Shown here piece after piece: positions 38,103-47,585 of a stretch of DNA of 64,000 nt. The notes below the pieces were generated by a model. It ran no database searches. It saw only the letters and a program-made list of their open reading frames with translations, and was not told where the DNA came from. Numbering within the stretch: position 1 is the stretch's first letter; each line of letters starts with the position of its first letter. The stretch lies in IMG/VR virus record IMGVR_UViG_3300033146_001127, positions 6,040-70,039 of that record. The stretch is one strand, 5' to 3'. The DNA comes from a virus. A program made the position numbers and the translations under genes.

Positions 38103-39395
38103 ATGAGTAAGTATGTAGAAAATCTTGTTACCAAATGGGATGAGATTCTTAAAGAAGGTTCTAATATTTCCAATCGTAAGGTTAAGAGAGCAACAGCAGT
38201 TATGCTCGAAAACCAGATGAATTATATCACAGGTAAAAATCCAAGTATCAATGAGGCAGGCACAGTTGGTGGTGCTATTAATCCTGATGCTGGTAATGAT
38301 ATGTATGCAGGTTCAGGTAATTATCATAGTAATGCTGAATTCCATAAGATTGCTATTCCTATGGTTCGCCGTACTTTCCCTGAGTTGATTGCACATGATA
38401 TCGTAGGTGTTCAACCAATGACTGGTCCTGTTGGATTGGCATTTGCACTTCGTTTCCGTGCTGACCAAGATTATGCTGGTCAAGCTAATACTGAATTGGG
38501 ATACAATACAATTGATCCTTATTACAGTGGTGATCAACAAACAAGTCGTGCTAATACCACTCTTGATGGTGAGGCACTTGGTTCTAATACTGCTGCTTCG
38601 TCAACTGACAATTACTTAAACCAAGGTCAAGCTGGTGAGGGTGTTGGTGATAGAGGTCTTGGTATCGGTTCTGGTAAACAGATTCGTGAATTGAGTATGA
38701 CAGTTGAAAAAGCACAAGTTGAAGCTGGTACTCGTAAGTTAAGAAGTCGTTGGAGTTTGGAAGTTGCACAAGATTTGAAAGCAATGCACGGACTTGATCT
38801 TGAAGAAGAAATGATGGACGTTCTTGCTTATGAAATCACAGCAGAAATTGACCGTGAATTAATTAATACCATGAGAAGTGTTGCTTCTAATAACGCATCT
38901 TCTACTACATGGGATTATGCAGCAGCTGATGGTCGTTGGGAAGCTGAAAAATATCGTAACTTCTACAATCTTTTAGTTCGTAAGGCTAACCGTATTGCAG
39001 TTGACACTCGTAGAGGTGCAGGTAACTTTGTTATTGCTGCTCCATCTATTTGTGCCGCACTTGAAACAACATCTTCATTCACCATTCAACCAGTTAACTC
39101 TGATGTTAATACTGCTGTTACTGGTGTTGCAAAGATTGGTTCACTTGATGGTCGTATGACTGTTTATCGTGATACATTCGCAACTCTTGATGATGTTATC
39201 ATTGGTTACAAAGGACCTAGTGAGTATGATACTGGTATTATTTACTTACCATACATTCAATTGTTAGTATCAAAAGCTGTATTTGAAGATAGTTTCAACC
39301 CAACAGTTGGTTTGATGAGTCGTTATGCTATTCATCAACACATCTTTGGTGCTGAGAACTATTATATCCAAGTTGCAGCACAGAATTTACCATAA
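38103..39395 (+). CDS. gp23: major capsid protein, T4 gp23-like
   Basis: MLENQ, VRRTFPELIAHDIVGVQPMTGPVGLAFALR, RKLRSRWSLEVAQDLKAMHGLD, TRRGAGNF, YLPYI. Confidence 0.97.
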   Translation: MSKYVENLVTKWDEILKEGSNISNRKVKRATAVMLENQMNYITGKNPSINEAGTVGGAINPDAGNDMYAGSGNYHSNAEFHKIAIPMVRRTFPELIAHDIVGVQPMTGPVGLAFALRFRADQDYAGQANTELGYNTIDPYYSGDQQTSRANTTLDGEALGSNTAASSTDNYLNQGQAGEGVGDRGLGIGSGKQIRELSMTVEKAQVEAGTRKLRSRWSLEVAQDLKAMHGLDLEEEMMDVLAYEITAEIDRELINTMRSVASNNASSTTWDYAAADGRWEAEKYRNFYNLLVRKANRIAVDTRRGAGNFVIAAPSICAALETTSSFTIQPVNSDVNTAVTGVAKIGSLDGRMTVYRDTFATLDDVIIGYKGPSEYDTGIIYLPYIQLLVSKAVFEDSFNPTVGLMSRYAIHQHIFGAENYYIQVAAQNLP

Positions 39396-39415
39396 CGGTT
39401 AATTCTTAATATAAT

Positions 39416-39455
39416 AAAAAAGGGTGATACTTTAATTTGTATCACCCTTTTTTTA
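39416..39455. terminator. bidirectional intrinsic terminator after the capsid gene
   Basis: AAAAAAGGGTGATAC...GTATCACCCTTTTTTT. Confidence 0.85.
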
Positions 39456-39458
39456 TCT

Positions 39459-39743
39459 TTAATTAAGAACTGTAACCACTTTAGGATTGTAACTATTATA
39501 ATTTCTAACAGGTGAAGTCTGGTGACATTTACCACTTTTAATTTCAACTTTAACACCACGAGCTTTTTGTGTTTCCATATAAAGTGGCATATCACAATCT
39601 TCTTCAAGATAAACTGAATCACCTTTCATATATGAATAAGATGTGATTTCATCAACAATTCCAAGTTCAATAATTTCTTTTCGTTTAACAGAAAGCCATC
39701 CATGCCCCCAATCACTGAGAAAAGTTTTTTTAACTGTTTTCAT
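39459..39743 (-). CDS. conserved hypothetical phage protein (cassette-borne)
   Basis: DWGHGWLSV...VYLEEDCD motif; preceded by leader copy 8. Confidence 0.8.
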   Translation of the reverse strand: MKTVKKTFLSDWGHGWLSVKRKEIIELGIVDEITSYSYMKGDSVYLEEDCDMPLYMETQKARGVKVEIKSGKCHQTSPVRNYNSYNPKVVTVLN

Positions 39744-39749
39744 ATTAAA

Positions 39750-39817
39750 TCTCCAAAAATGAAAGGGTTATCACCAACTCACAAATACATAATAACCTAT
39801 ACTGATTATAAAGTCAA
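39750..39817 (-). promoter_or_regulatory. repeated early promoter/leader cassette, copy 8
   Basis: TTGACT-17-TATTAT plus TTTGTGAGTTGGTGATAACCCTTTC and GGAG. Confidence 0.85.
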
Positions 39818-39821
39818 GAGT

Positions 39822-39965
39822 TTATTTTGGTAAGATCTTGGTTGGATTCCATTTTCCATTTCTTACATTGTTACAATATCTCCCATACATTTCATAAAAA
39901 TAATATCTATCATGAGATTTTGTTAATTTCTTTGCTTTTTCTTTCCATTCAAAATAACTTAACAT
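39822..39965 (-). CDS. small basic protein (47 aa)
   Basis: MLSYFEWKEKAKK...; AAGGA RBS directly after non-coding element copy B. Confidence 0.5.
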   Translation of the reverse strand: MLSYFEWKEKAKKLTKSHDRYYFYEMYGRYCNNVRNGKWNPTKILPK

Positions 39966-39980
39966 AATTCCTTCTCCTTC

Positions 39981-40175
39981 ATCCTTCGGATGTTCAATAA
40001 ATTATTCGTAAACTCATAATTTATTTCTCAAATCTTTTATTAAACTTTTCATAAATACTAATGTAAATAAAATGTTAACTATCATTTAATAGTTGGTATG
40101 GTTATTGTTATATAATATATATTTCCCCGCTCGGAAAGATAACCTTAGTCTAACATGGATGATAAAAAATGTCAA
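39981..40175 (-). repeat. bipartite non-coding element, copy B (inverted relative to copy A)
   Basis: 45-nt block identical to copy A; 50-nt block with two compensatory substitutions. Confidence 0.9.
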
Positions 40176-40191
40176 TATGGAGAAAAAATAA

Positions 40192-40740
40192 ATGTCAAGA
40201 TTTGATGAAGAACTTGCCCAAACTCATATCAACACTTCAATATTAGAGGATGAATTTAATTTGGACGTATCAGATGAAGGTAACAAAACAATAGAAGAAA
40301 TACAAAAAATGAGGGAACAGTTATTAGAAACAGTTGGATCATCTCAACCTGATCCTGATGATATATTGTTTGTTAATATTGATAGAGCAAATAAATTATT
40401 GGATATAGTACATAATAATATATTAAAACAAGGTGAAGCATCTCCAAGATTGTTTGAGGTTGCTGCACAATTGGTTAATGCTGTTACTTCTGCTGCCACA
40501 TCTGTTCAGAATAGTGGATTTGGTATGATGAAACATGAATATAATATGAAGATGGCAGAAATAAAAGAAAAAGAGGTAGCTGTTAAAGCTGCACTTGCTT
40601 CAAATAAATCACCTACAGGGGGTGGTGCTACGTCAGAAGATGGTAAAGTTATAGTAATGAGTAGAGAGGAACTATTAAATATGATAGATACTGAAAATAA
40701 GGAGGTTGTTGTTCCATCCGTAGAATCAGAAAAAAAATAA
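40192..40740 (+). CDS. terminase small subunit (gp16-like)
   Basis: SPRLFEVAAQLVNAV and VIVMSREELL motifs; upstream of the large terminase. Confidence 0.7.
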   Translation: MSRFDEELAQTHINTSILEDEFNLDVSDEGNKTIEEIQKMREQLLETVGSSQPDPDDILFVNIDRANKLLDIVHNNILKQGEASPRLFEVAAQLVNAVTSAATSVQNSGFGMMKHEYNMKMAEIKEKEVAVKAALASNKSPTGGGATSEDGKVIVMSREELLNMIDTENKEVVVPSVESEKK

Positions 40741-40770
40741 TTTTATTAATAATTTTTTAGGGAGTATTGA

Positions 40771-41955
40771 ATGAAAAAAAATTATGTTTTAGATACAAAT
40801 GTTTTACTTGAAAATGAAAATTGCATTGAAATATTAAGAAACGGAGAGGAAAACAATATATACATACCAGCTACGGTAATAGAGGAGTTGGATAAATTAA
40901 AAAGGGATAAGAGAAAACGCCATCAAGTAATGAAAGTTATTGAGGTGTTGAATGAATATAAAGATAATGTAACAATAATTTATAATGGTGTGAAACATGA
41001 TTCACCAGATAATAACATAATAAAAGAAATACAGGCAAATGAAAATGAAATAAATGATCCTATATTTGTAACAAATGATAAATTACTACAGTTCAAATCT
41101 AATAAATTAGGTATTGATTCAGAACCATTCAAGTTTAGTAATCCATTTCAATCAGAATCACAAATATACACAGGATTTGTTAATGTTGATGAAGGTGAAA
41201 TATTAGAGAAGAATTGTTTTTATTGGAAAGATGGTAAACTTCATTTTAATAATTGTTATGGAGAAGAAAGACAAGTACAAGAAGAAGAAATATGGAAGGT
41301 ATCACCAAGAACGGCATACCAACGAGCAGCAATGGAATTAATAACTGATGAAAATATTGATTTAGTTACAATTCAATCTGAGGCAGGATTTGGTAAGACT
41401 TATATTGCTCTTGCTGCCATGTTTCAACAGGTATTTGAAAAGAAAAATTATAGAAAAATATTCATATTCAAAGCAAATATTGAAATAGGTAATGAATTAG
41501 GGTTTTTACCAGGAGACGTTAAAGATAAAATGTATCCATATTTCAGACCTATTCAGGATTTAATGGAAAAATTACATGAATTAAGGACTGTTAATCGTAT
41601 ATGGGAAGATTCAACAGATAATCACCTTGAATTAAATACAAAGGTTGTTGAAATGTTACCAATTAACTTTCTTAGAGGAATGAATATTGATAATTCTATA
41701 GTGTTAATAGATGAGGTACAAAACTTATCACGAGATGAACTGAGAACTGTATTATCCAGAATGGGTGAGAATGTAAAAGTCGTCTGTACGGGAGATGTAA
41801 GACAGATTGATAATATCCATCTCAATCAAGAAAATAATGGATTAAACTGGATGGTGAGACTGTTTAAGGGTCAAAATAATTACGGTCATGTTGTGTTAGG
41901 TGGAAATCGTTCAAGAGGACCTATTGCTGATTTAGTTCGTGAGAGTGGATTATAA
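40771..41955 (+). CDS. phoH: PIN-PhoH protein
   Basis: YVLDTNVLL PIN domain, EAGFGKT, GFLPG, FLRG, IDEVQN, SRMGE, TGDVRQID. Confidence 0.93.
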   Translation: MKKNYVLDTNVLLENENCIEILRNGEENNIYIPATVIEELDKLKRDKRKRHQVMKVIEVLNEYKDNVTIIYNGVKHDSPDNNIIKEIQANENEINDPIFVTNDKLLQFKSNKLGIDSEPFKFSNPFQSESQIYTGFVNVDEGEILEKNCFYWKDGKLHFNNCYGEERQVQEEEIWKVSPRTAYQRAAMELITDENIDLVTIQSEAGFGKTYIALAAMFQQVFEKKNYRKIFIFKANIEIGNELGFLPGDVKDKMYPYFRPIQDLMEKLHELRTVNRIWEDSTDNHLELNTKVVEMLPINFLRGMNIDNSIVLIDEVQNLSRDELRTVLSRMGENVKVVCTGDVRQIDNIHLNQENNGLNWMVRLFKGQNNYGHVVLGGNRSRGPIADLVRESGL

Positions 41956-41969
41956 TAATATGTAAAATA

Positions 41970-42006
41970 AAAACAGTGACCTTTATGATTAGGGTCACTG
42001 TTTTTA
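41970..42006 (+). terminator. intrinsic terminator/hairpin
   Basis: AAACAGTGACC...GGTCACTGTTTTTT. Confidence 0.7.
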
Positions 42007-42019
42007 TTGAGAAGGTGTA

Positions 42020-43582
42020 ATGGCAGGAAATGTTAGATATGATGATTATGTAAAAGCCCCAAATCTTGAGTGGTCTTATACACAAGAACAAATAATAGAA
42101 CTTGATAAATGTAGTAAAGATATATTATATTTTATATCAAATTATATTAAGATTGTTAGTCAAGATCAAGGTGTAATTACATTCAAACCATATGATTATC
42201 AGGTGGAATTGATTAATAATTTTACGGATAATAGATTTAATGTATGTCTATTATCTCGTCAGAGTGGTAAGTCAACCATTGTTGCTGCATATGCGTTATG
42301 GTATGCGTGTTTTCATAGTCATAAGAATATTGGTATTGTATCAAATAAGGCTGATGCAGCAAAGAACTTTTTATCAAGATTGAAATATATGTATGAATTA
42401 TTACCTGTATGGTTAAAACCAGGAGTTCCAGGTTGGGCACAAACAACCATTGAGTTTGATAATCATACAAAGATTTATATTGCTGCTACATCAAAGGATT
42501 CATTCCGTGGTGAGCCGATGGGAATGTTGATTTGTGATGAGTTTGCTTTCGTTGAACCTTCATGGAAAGCTGATGAATTCTGGGCTTCAAACTATCCAAC
42601 TATTTCAGCTTCAAAAGAATCAAAGATTATTATTATTTCAACTCCGAATGGTCTTTATAATAAGTTTCACGAAATATATTCTAAAGCTGAAGAAGGTAAG
42701 AATACATTTAAACATGCAAGATTTGATTATCGTGCTGTCCCTGGTCGAGATGAAGAATGGGCACAAGAACAGATGTCTAACCTTGGTAAAGTTAAGTTCC
42801 AACAAGAGTTTGGTTGCGAGTTCATAGGTTCTAGTAATACTGTAATAGATTCTGTATGTTTGGAACGATTATTTAAGAATAGACAAGAACCTGAATTTTT
42901 TGATATGGGTGGAAGATTTAGGATATATGAAAAACCAAAAGATGGATGTACATATATTATGGGTGTTGATACTGCCAAAGGAACAGGTGAAAACTTTTCT
43001 GTTATTCAGGTATTTAGAGTTGATTCTATAACACCAGTTACAATGAAACAGGTAGCGGTATGGGAAGATAATTTTACTGATGTATATACTTTTGCTGATA
43101 TTGTAAATAGAACATCGTATTATTATAATAATGCTTATATGATGATAGAGAATAACGGTGAAGGTAGTCCTGTAGTAAACCGTATATGGTGGGAATATGA
43201 GAATGAAAATTTGATAAATACAGGTAGTAAAGAACGTGACCTTGGTATTAGAGCCACAACTAAAACAAAAACATTAGCTGTTCTATTAATGAAAAAGTTA
43301 TTGGAAGATGCTAATATTGATATTATTGATCCAAGAACAGTGGAACAATTAGCTGACTTTCAGGATTTGGGTAATAATAGGTTTGGTGGTGTTAATATTG
43401 AGGATGATTTAGTTTCAGCATTATATTGGGCTATATACATAATAGAACAAGATATATTTGATGAAACATATGAATTTACCCAAACTATTTATGATGAAGG
43501 TGGTGATGATGGTTGGGGTGTTCTTGCTGATTTTGGTGATAATGAGTTTGAGGAAAATTGGGATTGGTTAACAGATAAATAA
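42020..43582 (+). CDS. gp17: terminase large subunit, T4 gp17-like
   Basis: SRQSGKS, ICDEFAFV, ISTPNG, QEFGCEF, GVDTAKG, IENN, DDLV. Confidence 0.96.
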   Translation: MAGNVRYDDYVKAPNLEWSYTQEQIIELDKCSKDILYFISNYIKIVSQDQGVITFKPYDYQVELINNFTDNRFNVCLLSRQSGKSTIVAAYALWYACFHSHKNIGIVSNKADAAKNFLSRLKYMYELLPVWLKPGVPGWAQTTIEFDNHTKIYIAATSKDSFRGEPMGMLICDEFAFVEPSWKADEFWASNYPTISASKESKIIIISTPNGLYNKFHEIYSKAEEGKNTFKHARFDYRAVPGRDEEWAQEQMSNLGKVKFQQEFGCEFIGSSNTVIDSVCLERLFKNRQEPEFFDMGGRFRIYEKPKDGCTYIMGVDTAKGTGENFSVIQVFRVDSITPVTMKQVAVWEDNFTDVYTFADIVNRTSYYYNNAYMMIENNGEGSPVVNRIWWEYENENLINTGSKERDLGIRATTKTKTLAVLLMKKLLEDANIDIIDPRTVEQLADFQDLGNNRFGGVNIEDDLVSALYWAIYIIEQDIFDETYEFTQTIYDEGGDDGWGVLADFGDNEFEENWDWLTDK

Positions 43583-43598
43583 ATATAAGGATAATTAT

Positions 43599-43916
43599 AT
43601 GAAATTCAAATCTTACATAACAGAAGATGCTGAAACTGTCAGAGAATATAAAAAGGCTATTTTTGATTTAAATGTTGCTCTTGGTGAAAAAGAGTTCATG
43701 GAAGGAGAAAAACCAGATAAAGATCCAGAAAGACGGAGAAGACAGAAAGACGGTATGATTAACATTAAAAAGAAAATTATAATGTTAAAAGATAAAATAC
43801 AAAAATTGTCTATGAAATTAGGTGAATCTATAGATCAAAAGTTACAAAAGATTTTAGATGAAATACCTGATAGAAAAGATGTTGATCCAGAATACGAGGG
43901 TAACGGGGAAAAATAA
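43599..43916 (+). CDS. putative internal head protein
   Basis: N-terminal MKFKSYITE. Confidence 0.6.
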   Translation: MKFKSYITEDAETVREYKKAIFDLNVALGEKEFMEGEKPDKDPERRRRQKDGMINIKKKIIMLKDKIQKLSMKLGESIDQKLQKILDEIPDRKDVDPEYEGNGEK

Positions 43917-45649
43917 TGGCTATATCTAAAAGTCAATTAATGCAAAGAGTTAGAAACCGTTTGGGTGAACCAATGGTTAAAGTTGAATTATGTGATAATC
44001 AGATAAGTGAACATATTGATTATGCCAGACAAAAATATATCAAATGGGCAATTGGAAGTGCAACACAGGAAACATATTTTACCATTATGTTACAAGCAGG
44101 TAAGAGATTTTATGAATTACCAGCAGGTGTTGTTGAAGTTGTGGAATATGATGACAATCCAATTTCTATGGGTGGTATTAATACATTGTTTACTATGGAT
44201 AACTGGATGTTCCAAAATGGTTTTTATGGAAATATGTTTACAGGAGGATATGATTTAATTTCATATCATCTTGTATTAGATTTCATGCAGACTTTGGATA
44301 GATATTCCACAACACAATATAATTGGAAGTATCATAAATCAACAAATCAACTTGAGATTAATCCAGCCCCACCAATGTATAGTGGTAATATATATCGTAT
44401 GGGAACTGATCCACAAACAGGATTACCAAAAGAATATGTATTTGATTCTCCTGGTTTTGTAATGTTAAGAACTTATATGGTTGAAGGTTCAAGTTTACCA
44501 GAATATATACCTGATTGGACTGATACATTAAGAGAAGTAAAAACAGTTGTAGAGACACATAGAATTGGTTCAACTGAAATAACAAATAAATCTTTATTGT
44601 TGGAACATTCACCTTATATAGATTATAATGATAAGTTTGATTATAATGTTCCAGAAGATATGAAATTAACTGTAAATGGTCGTCCAGTTACAAAATATGT
44701 AGATTGGGACCAATTACATGAGAATAGAAGAGTTGTTACATGGACTGATTTAGGTCTTGATGGTGTAATACAAGAAGGTGATGAGGTAGTTGTCTCATAT
44801 CCAATAGTATATTTGTCTGATTATTATCCAGATGAATGGAATACAGTAACTATTACATCAACAGAGGTAGAACAAATTACCATTAATCAGGCACATTTAG
44901 ATAATCAATTTTTTAAGTTGTCATGGCCAGTATGGGATGAGAATATTAAAATATCTAAACAAAATGGTAATCAATTAGATGTTCAACCATTTGATAGTTT
45001 TGAAATTGATCCATTAGATAGAAAGAAAATCAAATGGGATGGTTTGCCATTTGGTGTTGGTTTACAATTAGGTGATAAAATTAATGTTAGTTATGTAACA
45101 GTTAGAAGTAAAAGACCAGATAGTAAAAAGGCACGAGGAAGTAAGATTAGACATTATCAAACTAGAATTGAGAATAGAAAATTAACTGCTGACGAAATTA
45201 CTAATAGGTCTTTATTAACAGAAGAAACTATCAATATTGTAGATGGAATGAGAATGAGTGTTGGTGCATTTAATCGTATATACGGTATTGATTATAGAGT
45301 AGATGGTGACAATATAGTTGCATGGGATGGTATGCCTCTTGATGGTGTATTACAAGAAGGAGATGATGTAATAATAACATATACTTCTGCTGCTTATGTT
45401 GAACGAGAGGTTGAAGAAGAACTTTATGATGAAGATTGGATTCTTGATTATGTTACGGCATTATCAAAGATTAGTTTGGGTATGATTAGAAGAAAGTTTG
45501 ATAGTTTTAGTAGTATGGGTAATCAAGGTATAAGTCTTGATGGTTCTGATTTAATTTCCGAGGGTAAAGAAGAGAAAGAATATCTTGAAGGAACATTGAG
45601 AGATGAAGAAGCATTAGAAGGATACGGTATCCATATAGGAATGATGTAA
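43916..45649 (+). CDS. gp13: neck protein, T4 gp13-like, with three inserted repeat domains
   Basis: RLGEPMVKVELCDNQI N-terminus; WILDYVTAL...RKF...LDG C-terminus. Confidence 0.85.
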   Translation: MAISKSQLMQRVRNRLGEPMVKVELCDNQISEHIDYARQKYIKWAIGSATQETYFTIMLQAGKRFYELPAGVVEVVEYDDNPISMGGINTLFTMDNWMFQNGFYGNMFTGGYDLISYHLVLDFMQTLDRYSTTQYNWKYHKSTNQLEINPAPPMYSGNIYRMGTDPQTGLPKEYVFDSPGFVMLRTYMVEGSSLPEYIPDWTDTLREVKTVVETHRIGSTEITNKSLLLEHSPYIDYNDKFDYNVPEDMKLTVNGRPVTKYVDWDQLHENRRVVTWTDLGLDGVIQEGDEVVVSYPIVYLSDYYPDEWNTVTITSTEVEQITINQAHLDNQFFKLSWPVWDENIKISKQNGNQLDVQPFDSFEIDPLDRKKIKWDGLPFGVGLQLGDKINVSYVTVRSKRPDSKKARGSKIRHYQTRIENRKLTADEITNRSLLTEETINIVDGMRMSVGAFNRIYGIDYRVDGDNIVAWDGMPLDGVLQEGDDVIITYTSAAYVEREVEEELYDEDWILDYVTALSKISLGMIRRKFDSFSSMGNQGISLDGSDLISEGKEEKEYLEGTLRDEEALEGYGIHIGMM

Positions 45650-45662
45650 TGAGGAGTTTTTA

Positions 45663-47111
45663 ATGGCGTTGAATTGTCCACCTAATTGTCTGAAAGGAAC
45701 ACCGTTATGGAATTTATACGATGTTACAGATAATAATCCAGAGTTTTGTTTATTTGAATCATTAGTTGCTGAATATACAGATATAGCAGGTTTTGAAGTC
45801 TTATATTATCGTGCAAAATCCAAAATGGATAGATTGTATGGTGAAGATGCCAATCAAGATTATTATGAACCAGTTAAAACTAAGTTATATTATGAACCTA
45901 CAGAAGAACCAAATGTTATAGATGCTTTTGGTATTCGTTCCGATGAAACATTAGAATATTCTTTAATTCCAAAATCAACTTTTAAGAGAGATGTTGGTGG
46001 TGTTATATATGGTATACCTGAAACAATCACTAATGCTTTTGGTGGTACGGGATATCGTTCTACTAAAAGTGTTGATACATCAGGTGGTACTGGTACTGGA
46101 TTAAGGGTTGATATAACAGCTGATCATGTTGATGGTAGGATTACAAATATTAAGATAAATACATTTAATAGAGGTGAAGGTTACACTCCTAATGATGTTA
46201 TTAGGATAGAAGATGGGGATATGAATGCAATTTTTACTATTGCAACAACAACCCAATCTGATATTCAACCAATGGCAGGAGATGTAATAAAAACTTTATG
46301 GAATAATAGAAATTATGAAATTGTAGATATTGGTGCTGAACAATCAATATTTATGGGTCGTAAATTAATTTGGGAGTTTATACTTAGACCATACCGTTTC
46401 AGTGAACAATCATTGGTTGCTGAAGAGATACATAGAAGTGAAGTGGTTTATAATCAGATACATATTCATCCAGATGGCGAATTTGTTGATATTATTTTCC
46501 CAAATGGGTCAGAGATGACAGATGTTCCTATAAATACATTAGATATAGATATTAGTATGCTTGAATGTGGTTCAACATATAAACAAAACTCAGATGGTAG
46601 TTTTGATTTATTAATGCCTGATTTGGACATAGAGCCAGATTATGATCCACATCCAGAATATCACGAAACAGAAAAGCCAGAGGAGAATAAACTTGTAGAA
46701 ACATATGGGGATAATTCTTGGATAGAGGTTGAATCTGATAAAATTGATAATTATAATGATTTGGATGATATGATGTTTACATATACAAAAACATTCCCCA
46801 TAAAAAGTGGTGTGTCAATTAAAACATTAATAGATCAATTTGATGTTGATACATTTGAATCATTTGATGCCACAGATGGGGAATCATATAAACTTAATTT
46901 AGTTACTAATTCAGAATTTGTTTATGTAACAATACCAGTTAATCTTAATGAATATGATTTCTTATTAAATGGTATGACTGTTGTGTTGGAAGAAACATCA
47001 CAGGAACTTGTTTTAGATGGTACATTATATACAACATTAGTTTATAAATCAATGTATAAGTTAAATGGTGATGTTGTATTAGATTTAGTTCCAAGAGATG
47101 GGAGATTGTAA
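45663..47111 (+). CDS. gp14: neck/head-closure protein, T4 gp14-like, with insertion and C-terminal extension
   Basis: LYGED, FGIRSDE, PMAGDVI, YEIVD, PYRFSEQ motifs. Confidence 0.75.
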   Translation: MALNCPPNCLKGTPLWNLYDVTDNNPEFCLFESLVAEYTDIAGFEVLYYRAKSKMDRLYGEDANQDYYEPVKTKLYYEPTEEPNVIDAFGIRSDETLEYSLIPKSTFKRDVGGVIYGIPETITNAFGGTGYRSTKSVDTSGGTGTGLRVDITADHVDGRITNIKINTFNRGEGYTPNDVIRIEDGDMNAIFTIATTTQSDIQPMAGDVIKTLWNNRNYEIVDIGAEQSIFMGRKLIWEFILRPYRFSEQSLVAEEIHRSEVVYNQIHIHPDGEFVDIIFPNGSEMTDVPINTLDIDISMLECGSTYKQNSDGSFDLLMPDLDIEPDYDPHPEYHETEKPEENKLVETYGDNSWIEVESDKIDNYNDLDDMMFTYTKTFPIKSGVSIKTLIDQFDVDTFESFDATDGESYKLNLVTNSEFVYVTIPVNLNEYDFLLNGMTVVLEETSQELVLDGTLYTTLVYKSMYKLNGDVVLDLVPRDGRL

Positions 47112-47555
47112 ATGGCAATAATTCCAGGTACAAGGGTTATACAACCTATAGTTCCTAATGACACTGCTGATAGATATCCAACACATACAGATAAATTTGG
47201 TCATGGTGGTTATCGTTCCGTTGGTGATATTACAGAAAGAAATGGTATTCCTATTGAAAGACAAAAATTGGGGATGGCTGTATATGTAATATCAGAACAG
47301 GTTGTATATATTTTAGTAACATTATCAGAAAATCTTGATGATTCTTGTTGGATGGAATTTTCTTCAGGTGGTCATGGTGGTTCTGTTATTGTTTCACCCA
47401 CCGCACCAGAAAATCCTGAAGATGGAATGTTGTGGTTAAATTCAACAACAGGAAAGATATTAGTTTTTTCACAAAATCAATGGGAATATTTTGTATATAG
47501 TTCACAAATGTCGGATGACAACGGAGAACTAATTTTGAACGGTGGTTATTTTTAA
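47112..47555 (+). CDS. fibre-associated structural protein
   Basis: ERNGIPIERQKLGM.VYV and APENPEDGMLWLN motifs; ends ILNGGYF. Confidence 0.65.
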   Translation: MAIIPGTRVIQPIVPNDTADRYPTHTDKFGHGGYRSVGDITERNGIPIERQKLGMAVYVISEQVVYILVTLSENLDDSCWMEFSSGGHGGSVIVSPTAPENPEDGMLWLNSTTGKILVFSQNQWEYFVYSSQMSDDNGELILNGGYF

Positions 47556-47585
47556 TTACCAAATATTAAAACATAGGAGAAAAAA

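Noticed and set aside
43916-45649. Insertion in gp13 considered as an intein
   Set aside because: No C/S start with HN end or LAGLIDADG motifs; the insert is three tandem structural repeats
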